From assembly GCA_002269645.1 (NCBI GenBank), contig NIVC01002518.1:1-64000 (forward strand): DNA of 64,000 nt, in the 5' to 3' direction. A program made the translations under genes and the position numbers. This DNA is from Macrostomum lignano. Lineage: Eukaryota. Below the pieces are notes generated by a model, which saw only the letters and a program-made list of their open reading frames with translations, did no database searches and was not told where the DNA came from. Positions 11,321-23,559 of this stretch are shown piece by piece (the first letter of the stretch is position 1; the number at the start of each line of letters is the position of its first letter).

Positions 11321-12871
11321 CTAGCTAATTAGAGCTGGCTGCCAGCATCCAGAATAATTTTTATTGCCCCCCTTTAAGTGGGGTCCAGTGAGTTTTCTTA
11401 TCAGTTGGCTCTGGCGCAATCAATTAAAATTGGCAGTGAAGTTTCTCGCTGATAAAATTTGCATTGAAAAAGGCCATTTAAAACAGTTTTTCGAATATTT
11501 AATCCCTTTAGCATTAAAGCAGATACAAGAAATTTTAACTGTCTTCTTTCCAGACAATTTTGAATATTTTGGCGAAAACGCGATGAAAATCGGTGAAGAA
11601 TTGCAATCTCTAGAGCGTTATGGACATTCAAGCATACAAACCTTAGAGATTTAGTATATTTAGAAGATAGACTAGCTAATTAGAGCTGGCTGCCAGCATC
11701 CAGAATAATTTTTATTGCCCCCCTTTAAGTGGAGCGGAGTGAGTTTTCTTATCAGTTGGCTCTGGCGCAATCAATTAAAATTGGCAGTGAAGTTTCTGGC
11801 TGATAAAATTTGCATTGAAAAAGGCCATTTAAAACAGTTTTTCGAATATTTAATCCCTTTAGCATTGGAGCAGATTAAAGAATTTTAACTGTCTTCTTTC
11901 CAGACAATTTTGAATCTTTTGGCGAAAACGCGATCAAAATCGGTGAAGAATTGCAATCTCTAGAGCGTTATGGACATACAAACCTTAGAGATTTAGTATA
12001 TTTATTTAGTATATTTAGATAGAGATTTAGTATATTTAGATTACTAGAGCGTTATGGACAAACATACAAACAAACAAACCTTAGAGATTTAGTATATTTA
12101 GATTTACTAGCTAATTAGAGCTGGCTGCCAGCATCCAGAATAATTTTTATTGCCCCCCCCTTTAAGTGGGGCCCAGTGAGTTTTCTTATCAGTTGGCTCT
12201 GGCGCAATCAATTAAAATTGACTGTGAAGTTTCTCGCTGATAAAATTTGCATTGAAAAAGGTCATTTAAAACAGTTTTTCGAATATTTAATCCCTTAAGC
12301 ATTGAAGCAGATACAAGGAATTTTAACCATACAATCCCAGGCTGATTACAAATCTTTTGGCGAAAACGCGATCAAAATCGGTGAAGAATTGCAATCTCTA
12401 GAGCGTTATGGACATACAAACCTTAGAGATTTAGTATATTTATAGAGATTTAGTATATTTAGATTACTAGAGCGTTATGGACAAACATACAAACAAACAA
12501 ACCTTAGAGATTTAGTATATTTAGATTTACTAGCTAATTAGAGCTGGCTGCCAGCATCCAGAATAATTTTTATTGCCCCCCCCTTTAAGTGGGGCCCAGT
12601 GAGTTTTCTTATCAGTTGGCTCTGGCGCAATCAATTAAAATTGACTGTGAAGTTTCTCGCTGATAAAATTTGCATTGAAAAAGGCCATTTAAAACAGTTT
12701 TTCGAATATTTAATCCCTTTAGCATTGAAGCAGATACAAGAAATTTTAACTGTCTTCTTTCCAGACAATTTTGAATCTTTTGGCGAAAACGCGATGAAAA
12801 TCGGTGAAGAATTGCAATCTGTAGAGCGTTATGGACAAGCATACAAACCTTAGAGAATTAGTATATTTAGA
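11321..12871 (-). mobile_element. Four tandem ~345-bp mini-Helitrons (3' CTAG at 11321, 11672, 12107, 12530)
   Basis: Each has a GCTGGCAGCCAGC hairpin ~9 nt before CTAG and the TCTAAATATACTAAATCTC 5' end; copies are nearly identical and separated by 5'-end fragments. Confidence 0.85.
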
Positions 12872-12899
12872 AGATAGAATAAGATTTAGTATATTTAGA

Positions 12900-15800
12900 C
12901 TAGCAATTTAAGCCCCCCGTTGGGGGACGCAAGAATGACGCCAAATGGTTTTTATTTTGGCCTATGAGTAATAACCTTACCCCCAGTAAGCCTTGACATC
13001 TCAGTGATTCCCCCAGTAAGCCTTGACATCTCAGCAATTCCCCCAAATAAGCCTTAACAACTCAGCAATTCTCCCCAAGCCTTGACATCCCAGCAATTCC
13101 CCCAAATAAGCCTTGACAATTCAACAATTCCCCCAGTAGGCCTTGACAACTCAACAATTCTTCCAGTTGCAATGAATCAAAACCTTCACCAGCCAAAGTT
13201 TCCTTCATCAGCCCAAAAGCCTTTCTCATTCAGCAAATAGTACTTATCCTTTCAAGCACAAACTCTTAGTGCATATCGTCATTGGCCTGGGCGTATTCTG
13301 GTCCACACCAGGAGCTCAATATGCCATAAGCCTTGATGACATCTCATTAATTTCCCCAGTAAGCCATGACATCTCAGAAATTCCCTTAGTAGGCCTTGAC
13401 AACTCAGCAATTCCCCCAAGTAAGCTTTGACATCTCAGAAATTCTTTTAGTAGGCCTTGACATCTCAGCAATTCCCTTAGTAAGCGTTGAAATCTCAGAA
13501 ATTCCATTAGTAAGCCTTGAAATATTAGCAATTCCCCCAGTAAGCCTTGAAGTCTCAGCAATTCCCCCAGTAAGCCTTGGAATCTCAGCGATTCCCCCAG
13601 TAATCCTTGACAACTCAGCAATTCCCCCAGTTGCCATAAATCAAAACCTTCACCAGCCAAAGTTTCCTTCAAAACCCTTCCAAAACCCTTTCTCAATCAG
13701 CAAATAGTACTTATCCTTTCAAGCACAAACTCTTTGGGCATATCGTCATTGGCCTGGGCATATTCTGGTCCGCAGCAGGAGCTCAATATGCCATAAGCCT
13801 TGATGACATCTCATTAATTTCCCCAGTAAGCCTTGACATCTCAGCAATTCCCCCAGTAAACCTTGACAATTCAGCAATTCCCCAGTAAGTCTCGAATCTC
13901 AGTAATTCTTCCAGTAAGTCTCGAATCTCAGTAATTCCCCAGTAAGTCTCGAATCTCAGTAATTCCTCCAGTAAGTCTTGAAGTCTAAGCAATTCCCCCA
14001 GTAAGCCTTGACATCTCAGCAATTCCCCCAGTAAGCCTTGACATCTCAGCAATTCCCCCAGCAAGCCTTGACATCTCAGCAATTCCCCCCCAGCAAGCCT
14101 TGAAATCTCAGCAATTCCCCGAGTAAGCCTTGAAATCTCAGAAATTCCCCCAGTAAGCCTTGAAGTCTCAGCGATTTCCCCAAGTAAGCCTTGACATCTC
14201 AGCAATTCCCCCAGTAAACCTTGACAATTCAGCAATTCCCCCAGTAAGCCTTGACAACTCAACAATTCCCCCAGTTGCCATGAATCAAAACCTTCATCAG
14301 CCAAAGTTTCCTTCATCAGCCCAAAACCCTTTCTCATTCAGCAAATAGTACTTATCCTTTCAAGCACAAACTCTTAGTGCATATCGTCATTGGCCTGGGC
14401 GTATTCTGGTCTGCAGCAGGAGCTCAATATGCCATAAGCCTTGATGACATCTCAGCAATTCCCCCAGTAAGCCTTGACATCTCAGCAATTCCCCCAGTAA
14501 GCCTTGACATCTCAGCAATTCCCCGAGTAAGCCTTGAAATCTCAGAAATTCCATTAGTAAGCCTTGAAATATAGCAATTCCCCCAGTAAGCCTTGAAGTC
14601 TCAGCAATTCCCCCAGTAAGCCTTGGAATCTCAGCGATTCCCCCAGTAATCCTTGACAACTCAGCAATTCCCCCAGTTGCCATAAATCAAAACCTTCACC
14701 AGCCAAAGTTTCCTTCAAAACCCTTCCAAAACCCTTTCTCAATCAGCAAATAGTACTTATCCTTTCAAGCACAAACTCTTTGGGCATATCGTCATTGGCC
14801 TGGGCATATTCTGGTCCGCAGCAGGAGCTCAATATGCCATAAGCCTTGATGACATCTCATTAATTTCCCCAGTAAGCCTTGACATCTCAGCAATTCCCCC
14901 AGTAAACCTTGACAATTCAGCAATTCCCCAGTAAGTCTCGAATCTCAGTAATTCTTCCAGTAAGTCTCGAATCTCAGTAATTCCCCAGTAAGTCTCGAAT
15001 CTCAGTAATTCCTCCAGTAAGTCTTGAAGTCTAAGCAATTCCCCCAGTAAGCCTTGACATCTCAGCAATTCCTCCTAGTAAGCCTTGACATCTCAGCGAT
15101 TCCCCCCAGCAAGCCTTGACATCTCAGCAATTCCCCCCAGCAAGCCTTGAAATCTCAGCAATTCCCCGAGTAAGCCTTGAAATCTCAGAAATTCCCCCAG
15201 TAAGCCTTGAAGTCTCAGCGATTTCCCCAAGTAAGCCTTGACATCTCAGTGATTCCCCCAGTAAGCCTTGAAATCTCAGCAATACCCTCAGTAAGCCTTG
15301 ACATCTCAGTAATTCCCCCCAGTAAGCCTTGACATCTCAGCAATTCCTCCTAGTAAGCCTTGACATCTCAGCAATTCCCCCCAGCAAGCCTTGAAATCTC
15401 AGCAATTCCCCGATTAAGCCTTGAAATCTCAGCAATTCCCCCAGTAAGCCTTGACAACTCAGCACTTCCCCCCAGTAAGCGTTGACATTTCGGCAATTCC
15501 CCCAGTTAGCCTTGACATCTCAGCAATTCCCCAGTAAGCCTTGACATCTCAGTAATTCCCCCAGTTAGCCTTGACATCTCAGCTATTCCCCCAGTTAGCC
15601 TTGACATCTCAGTAATTCCCCCAGTTAGCCTTGACATCTCAGTAATTCCCCCAGTTAGTTTTGACATCTCAGAATTCCCCCAGTAAGCCTTGAAATCTCG
15701 GAAATTCCCCCAATTAGCCTTGAAGTCGCAGCAATTCCCCCAAGTAAGCCTTGACATCTCAGCAATTCCTCCTAGTAAGCCTTGACATCTCAGCAATTCC

Positions 15801-17852
15801 CCCAGCAAGCCTTGAAATCTCAGCAATTCCCGAGTAAGCCTTGACATCTCAGCAATTCCCCGCAGCAAGCCTTGAAGTCGCAGCAATTCCCCAAGTAAGC
15901 CTTGACATCTCAGCAATTCCTCCTAGTAAGCCTTGACATCTCAGCAATTCCCCCCAGCAAGCCTTGAAATCTCAGCAATTCCCCGAGTAAGCCTTGACAT
16001 CTCAACAATTCCCCGCAGCAAGCCTTGAAATCTCAGCAATTCCCCCAAATAAGCCTTAACAACTCAGCAATTCTCCCCAAGCCTTGACATCCCAGCAATT
16101 CCCCCAGTAAGCCTTGACATCTCAGCAATCCCCCAGTAAGCCTTGAAATCTCAGAAATTCCCCCAGTAAGCCTTGAAGTCGCAGCAATTCCCCCAGTAAG
16201 CCTTGACATCTCAGCAATTCCTCCTAGTAAGCCTTGACATCTCAGCAATTCCCCCCAGCAAGCCTTGAAATCTCAGCAATTCCCCGAGTAAGCCTTGACA
16301 TCTCAGCAATTCCCCGCAGCAAGCCTTGAAGTCGCAGCAATTCCCCCAAGTAAGCCTTGACATCTCAGCAATTCCTCCTAGTAAGCCTTGACATCTCAGC
16401 AATTCCCCCCAGCAAGCCTTGAAATCTCAGCAATTCCCCGAGTAAGCCTTGACATCTCAGCAATTCCCCGCAGCAAGCCTTGAAATCTCAGCAATTCCCC
16501 CAAATAAGCCTTAACAACTCAGCAATTCTCCCCAAGCCTTGACATCCCAGCAATTCCCCCAGTAAGCCTTGACATCTCAGCAATCCCCCCAGTAAGCCTT
16601 GAAATCTCAGAAATTCCCCCAGTAAGCCTTGAAGTCGCAGCAATTCCCCCAGTAAGCCTTGACAACTCAGCACTTCCCCCCAGTAAGCGTTGACATTTCA
16701 GAAATTCCCCCAGTTAGCCTTGAAGTCGCAGCAATTCCCCCAGTAAGCCTTGACAACTCAGCACTTCCCCCCAGTAAGCGTTGACATTTCAGAAATTCCC
16801 CCAGTTAGCCTTGACATCTCAGCAATTCCCCCAGTTAGCCTTGACATCTCAGTAATTCCCCCAGTTAGCCTTGACATCTCAGAATTCCCCCAGTAAGCCT
16901 TGAAATCTCGGAAATTCCCCCAGTAAGCCTTGTCATCTCAGCAATTCCCCCAGTTACCATGAATCAAAACCTTCACTAAGCAGTCTGCAGTTATCCCCTC
17001 AACAAGTTGCACTCAATCATTCACAGTTATTATCCACTTAAACTCTGTAGATAGTTATCCCGGAAGTTTGCACCTATACACTCATAAGTCTGGAGGAACT
17101 ACCTCAGCAGTTTTTCGTTTTTCAACTTTGCAGTCTAAATGAATGATCCCTTTGACAATCTGCAGTTCTCCTCAGCAACCTGTGGTCATTCCATTTGCAG
17201 TCTACAACAATTCTCATTCTCAGCAGTCTGCAGTTTTCCTCTTTGCTGGCCCCTCAGTATTCTCAGGAAGCTACAGTGATGCTTTCAATAATGTAGAAAT
17301 TTACTCAGCATTGTACGGCTCACTATATAATCAATTTTCGATAGATATTGGCAGTCTTTTGCACATCAATGCAACGAAGATTTTGCATCGTCTGCAATTT
17401 AGCGATTAGTCCAGGCAGGTACAAGCTACAAATAAATGAAAATTTTATTTCATTTTATCTTATCTCCTACGTGCATAAACTGAAGCTTGCGAATATTTAA
17501 TTATTTATAGCTCGCAGCATCAGCTCAAGAAGTTAAAGTTTAGTCTATGGCCATAGACGTATTATTATTTTTCGAGCTCTCACTGCGAGAAAAATACACT
17601 AATTAGATAGGGAAAATACAGTTTTTTGAATATTTAAGACCTTTAGAATTGAAGCAGATAAAAGAGATGTTAACCATACAATCCTTGGTTGAGTAGCAAC
17701 TGTTTGGTGAAAACGCGATCGAAATTGGTCAAGAATTGCAGTCTGTAGAGCGTTTTACACGGACAGACAGACAGACATAGATTAGAGATTTAGTATATAA
17801 GAAGAAGACAAGCAAGCAAGCATACAAATATTAGAGATTTAGTATATTTAGA
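12900..17852 (-). mobile_element. Helitron-like unit I with an expanded 30-bp satellite
   Basis: Hairpin + CTAG at 12900; stacked 5' ends at 17802 and 17852. Confidence 0.8.
12980..16960. repeat. 30-bp satellite arrays interspersed with a ~170-bp spacer module (higher-order repeat)
   Basis: 30-bp period; module gccatgaatcaaaaccttc...ggagctcaatatgcc at ~13170, 13630, 14277 and 14678. Confidence 0.95.
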
Positions 17853-17861
17853 AGAAGAAGA

Positions 17862-20800
17862 CTAGCAATTTAAGCCCCCCGTTGGGGGACGCAAGAATGA
17901 CGCCAAATGGTTTTTATTTTGGCCTATGAGTAAAAACCTTACTTATTATTCAAAATCCATTAGTCAAAACTTACTTTTTCTCATTTTTGGCAAAAATAAA
18001 TTGCCATGAATCAAAACCTTAACCAGCCAAAGTTTCCTTCATCAGCCCAAAAGCCTTTCTCATTCAGCAAATAGTACTTATCCTTTCAAGCACAAACTCT
18101 TAGTGCATATCGTCATTGGCCTGAGCATATTCTGGTCCGCAGCAGGAGCTCAATATGCCATAAGCCTTGATGACATCTCAGCAATTCCCCCAGTTAGCCT
18201 TGACATCTCAGCAATACCCCCATGCAGTAAGCCTTGAAATCTCAGCAATTCCCCCAGTAAGCCTTGAAATCTCAGAAATTCTCCAGTAAGCCTTGAAGTC
18301 TCAGCATTTCCCCCAGTAAGCCTTGACAACTCAGTAATTCCTCCCAGTAAGCCTTGACATCTCAGCAATTCCCCCAGTTGCCATGAATCAAAACCTTCAC
18401 CAGCCAAAGTTTCCTTCATCAGCCCAAAACCCTTTCTCATTCAGCAAATAGTACTTATCCTTTCAAGCACAAACTCTTAGGGCATATCGTCATTGGCCTG
18501 GGCATATTCTGGTCCGCAGCAGGAGCTCAATATGCCATAAGCTTTGATGACATCTCAATAATTTCCCCAGTAAGCCTTGACATCTCAGCAATTCCCCCAG
18601 TGAACCTTGACAATTCAGCAATTCCCCCAGTGAGCCTTGAAATCTCAGTAATTCCCCAGTAAGTCTCGAATCTCAGTAATTCTTCCAGTAAGTCTTGAAG
18701 TCTAAGCAATTCCCCCAGTAAGCCTTGACATCTCAGCAATTCATCCAAGAAAGCCTTGAAATCTCAGCAATTTCCTGAGTAAGCCTTGAAATCTCAGAAA
18801 TTCCCCCAGTAAGCCTTGAAGTCTCAGCAATTCCCCCAGTAAGCCTTGATATCTCAGGAATAACCCCATTAAGCCTCGACATCGCAGCAATTAAACTCCA
18901 GCCTCGACATCTATGCAATTCTCCCAGCGCAGTATTTAGCCTTGACATCCCAACAACCCAACTCCCCTCTCCCAAGAATTCAGCAATCCCCTTATAAGCC
19001 TTGATAACTCAGCAATCCCCTTATAAGCCTTGACAACTCAGCTATTCCCCGATGAGCTTAGATATCTTAGCAAGTCTTTAATTGATGGTTGACAGCGGTT
19101 AATCTATGATTGAACCAAAACTGACCCTAAGCCCCCAAACCTACCCATAAGTGAGTCTTGGCATGTTAGCAATTTCGACAATGAGCCTTGAGCCTCAGCA
19201 TTAAAGTAACTTCCTCATAAGCTTTTGAATCTAAATTTCACCGGAAGCCTTGACCTGTCAGCAATTCCCCGTAGAGCCAAAGCATTTAAGTAATTCGCCC
19301 AAAGAGCATTTAATCTTAGCAATTCCTCGATGGATCATTAATGATTGACACGACGATCGCGCTATAATTGAACCCTAAGCCTACCCTTAACCTGCAGCAG
19401 AATTTCAGCAATTCCCCAATGAGCTTTGGAAATTTTAGTAATTTCCCCATGAGCCTGAAAATTGAGTGACTTTTGATACCTTTTGATATCTTGGCACTTG
19501 CATTTCAACAATTTATTTCTGCAATTTCACAAATGAACCTTGAAATCAAAGCAATTCTCAACAGAATGACAATTATAGCAATTCCCCTTGTGCCTTGAGA
19601 TCTTATAAATCCTCCCATGAGTATTTATTGATATATCATCATGATATATCAAATTTATATATCACAGCAATTTTCCATACCAGCATTATGCTCGTAGCAA
19701 TAGTCTTAGCAGTCTTAACAATCTTAGCAATTCCCAATGAGACTTTTACTTTCGACAGGGCGCATCTTTTATAATTGACATGATGATTCTTGTTCGTTTT
19801 TTCTTGCCTTTGCGTTTTCTTCTCTTTAAAAGAAGTTTTTAATAAAAAAACAATATTTCACTATAGCTTTCTGCAGTTTAGCAATATAGTTTAGCAATGC
19901 AGTTTAGCAATGCTTCACCAGAAGTTTAGCAATGCTTCACCAGCAGTTTAGCAATGCTTCACCAGCAGTTTAGCAATGCTTCACCAGCAGTTTAGCAATG
20001 GTTCACCAGCAGTTTAGCAATGGTTCACCAGCAGTTTAGCAATGGTTCACCAGCAGTTTAGCAATGCTTCACCAGCAGTTTAGCAATGCTTCACCAGAAG
20101 TTTAGCAATGCTTCACCAGCAGTTTAGCAATGGTTCACCAGCAGTTTAGCAATGGTTCACCAGCAGTTTAGCAATGCTTCACCAGCAGTTTAGCAATGCT
20201 TCACCAGCAGTTTAGCAATGCTTCACCAGTACTTTTTCACTCAATGAGTGTGCATATGGCTCAATAATTCCAGATTAGCACTGCTCTCCCCAATTTAGCA
20301 GTCTGCAGTTCTACTCTCGGCCGGCTTTTTAGTCTCCTTAGCAAACTGCAATGATCCTTTTATTAGTCTAAAAAATTGCTCAGCATTTATAGTACGGCAC
20401 ACTAATCAATCGGCAGTTGTTTGCGCAACTCAGAATTTAGCAATACCTTCAGGAGTTTAGCCGAATAGCAAAAATAACACAGCCACTGAGTATTTTTCTC
20501 TCCGTTGTGCAAATATACACCTAGTTGCGCAATACTTCAATACTTTTAAAATGCACTGGCTGATTTCTCTCAATCATGCAAAAAGCATTTTTTCGAATAT
20601 TTAACTATTTATAGCTCGATTGTACGAGCGTAGCATCAGGTCAAGAAATTAAAGTTTAGTCTATGGCCATAGACGTATTATTATTTTTCGAGCTCTCACT
20701 GCGAGAAAAATACACTAATTAGATAGGGAAAATACAGTTTTTTGAATATTTAAGACCTTTAGAATTGAAGCAGATAAAAGAAATGTTAACCATACAATCC

Positions 20801-20927
20801 TTGGTTGAGTTGCAACTTTTTGGCGAAAACGCGATCAAAATCGGTGAAGAATTGCAGTCTCTAGAGCGTTATGGACATTCAAGCATACAAACAAACAAAC
20901 AAATATTAGAGATTTAGTATATTTAGA
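17862..20927 (-). mobile_element. Helitron-like unit J
   Basis: Hairpin + CTAG at 17862; 5' end at 20927; contains a 30-bp array (18165-19045) and a 22-bp array. Confidence 0.8.
19896..20228. repeat. 22-bp minisatellite (gcaatgcttcaccagcagttta), ~15 copies; shorter arrays at ~28070-28197 and ~32143-32287
   Basis: Direct tandem periodicity. Confidence 0.95.
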
Positions 20928-23559
20928 CTAGCCATTTAAGCCCCCCGTTGGGGGACGCAAGAATGACGCTAAATGGTTTTTATTTTGGCCTATGAGTAAT
21001 AACCTTACCCCCAGTAAGCCTTGACATCTCAGTGATTCCCCCAGTAAGCCTTGAAATCTCAGCAATACCCTCAGTAAGCCTTGACATCTCAGTAATTCCC
21101 CCCAGTAAGCCTTGACATCTCAGCAATTCCTCCTAGTAAGCCTTGACATCTCAGCAATTCCCCCCAGCAAGCCTTGAAATCTCAGCAATTCCCCGATTAA
21201 GCCTTGAAATCTCAGCAATTCCCCCAGTAAGCCTTGACAACTCAGCACTTCCCCCCAGTAAGCGTTGACATTTCGGCAATTCCCCCAGTTAGCCTTGACA
21301 TCTCAGCAATTCCCCAGTAAGCCTTGACATCTCAGTAATTCCCCCAGTTAGCCTTGACATCTCAGCTATTCCCCCAGTTAGCCTTGACATCTCAGTAATT
21401 CCCCCAGTTAGCCTTGACATCTCAGTAATTCCCCCAGTTAGTTTTGACATCTCAGAATTCCCCCAGTAAGCCTTGAAATCTCGGAAATTCCCCCAATTAG
21501 CCTTGAAGTCGCAGCAATTCCCCCAAGTAAGCCTTGACATCTCAGCAATTCCTCCTAGTAAGCCTTGACATCTCAGCAATTCCCCCCAGCAAGCCTTGAA
21601 ATCTCAGCAATTCCCCGAGTAAGCCTTGACATCTCAGCAATTCCCCGCAGCAAGCCTTGAAGTCGCAGCAATTCCCCCAAGTAAGCCTTGACATCTCAGC
21701 AATTCCTCCTAGTAAGCCTTGACATCTCAGCAATTCCCCCCAGCAAGCCTTGAAATCTCAGCAATTCCCCGAGTAAGCCTTGACATCTCAGCAATTCCCC
21801 GCAGCAAGCCTTGAAATCTCAGCAATTCCCCCAAATAAGCCTTAACAACTCAGCAATTCTCCCCAAGCCTTGACATCCCAGCAATTCCCCCAGTAAGCCT
21901 TGACATCTCAGCAATCCCCCCAGTAAGCCTTGAAATCTCAGAAATTCCCCCAGTAAGCCTTGAAGTCGCAGCAATTCCCCCAGTAAGCCTTGACATCTCA
22001 GCAATTCCTCCTAGTAAGCCTTGACATCTCAGCAATTCCCCCCAGCAAGCCTTGAAATCTCAGCAATTCCCCGAGTAAGCCTTGACATCTCAGCAATTCC
22101 CGCAGCAAGCCTTGAAGTCGCAGCAATTCCCCCAAGTAAGCCTTGACATCTCAGCAATTCCTCCTAGTAAGCCTTGACATCTCAGCAATTCCCCCCAGCA
22201 AGCCTTGAAATCTCAGCAATTCCCCGAGTAAGCCTTGACATCTCAGCAATTCCCCGCAGCAAGCCTTGAAATCTCAGCAATTCCCCCAAATAAGCCTTAA
22301 CAACTCAGCAATTCTCCCCAAGCCTTGACATCCCAGCAATTCCCCCAGTAAGCCTTGACATCTCAGCAATCCCCCCAGTAAGCCTTGAAGTCGCAGCAAT
22401 TCCCCCAGTAAGCCTTGACAACTCAGCACTTCCCCCCAGTAAGCGTTGACATTTCAGAAATTCCCCCAGTTAGCCTTGAAGTCGCAGCAATTCCCCCAGT
22501 AAGCCTTGACAACTCAGCACTTCCCCCCAGTAAGCGTTGACATTTCAGAAATTCCCCCAGTTAGCCTTGACATCTCAGCAATTCCCCCAGTTAGCCTTGA
22601 CATCTCAGTAATTCCCCCAGTTAGCCTTGACATCTCAGAATTCCCCCAGTAAGCCTTGAAATCTCGGAAATTCCCCCAGTAAGCCTTGTCATCTCAGCAA
22701 TTCCCCCAGTTACCATGAATCAAAACCTTCACTAAGCAGTCTGCAGTTATCCCCTCAACAAGTTGCACTCAATCATTCACAGTTATTATCCACTTAAACT
22801 CTGTAGATAGTTATCCCGGAAGTTTGCACCTATACACTCATAAGTCTGGAGGAACTACCTCAGCAGTTTTTCGTTTTTCAACTTTGCAGTCTAAATGAAT
22901 GATCCCTTTGACAATCTGCAGTTCTCCTCAGCAACCTGCGGTCATTCCATTTGCAGTCTACAACAATTCTCATTCTCAGCAGTCTGCAGTTTTCCTCTTT
23001 GCTGGCCCCTCAGTATTCTCAGGAAGCTACAGTGATGCTTTCAATAATGTAGAAATTTACTCAGCATTGTACGGCTCACTATATAATCAATTTTCGATAG
23101 ATATTGGCAGTCTTTTGCACATCAATGCAACGAAGATTTTGCATCGTCTGCAATTTAGCGATTAGTCCAGGCAGGCACAAGCTACAAATAAATGAAAATT
23201 TTATTTCATTTTATCTTATCTCCTACGTGCATAAACTGAAGCTTGCGAATATTTAATTATTTATAGCTCGCAGCATCAGCTCAAGAAGTTAAAGTTTAGT
23301 CTATGGCCATAGACGTATTATTATTTTTCGAGCTCTCACTGCGAGAAAAATACACTAATTAGATAGGGAAAATACAGTTTTTTGAATATTTAAGACCTTT
23401 AGAATTGAAGCAGATAAAAGAAATGTTAACCATACAATCCTTGGTTGAGTAGCAACTGTTTGGTGAAAACGCGATCGAAATTGGTCAAGAATTGCAGTCT
23501 GTAGAGCGTTTTACACGGACAGACAGACAGACATAGATTAGAGATTTAGTATATATATA
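20928..23559 (-). mobile_element. Helitron-like unit K (near-identical to 15.2-17.8 kb of unit I); 30-bp array 21010-22710
   Basis: Hairpin + CTAG at 20928; its 5' end is TATATATATACTAAATCTC (no TC); repeat-derived ORFs 17143-17409 and 22899-23165 differ by one residue. Confidence 0.8.

Noticed and set aside
11364-12853. Repeated 76-96 aa ORFs (FLISWLWRNQLK..., also 4394-4663 and 33841-34522)
   Set aside because: They lie within non-autonomous Helitron 5' regions; starts are often non-ATG and differ between copies; no RepHel motifs.
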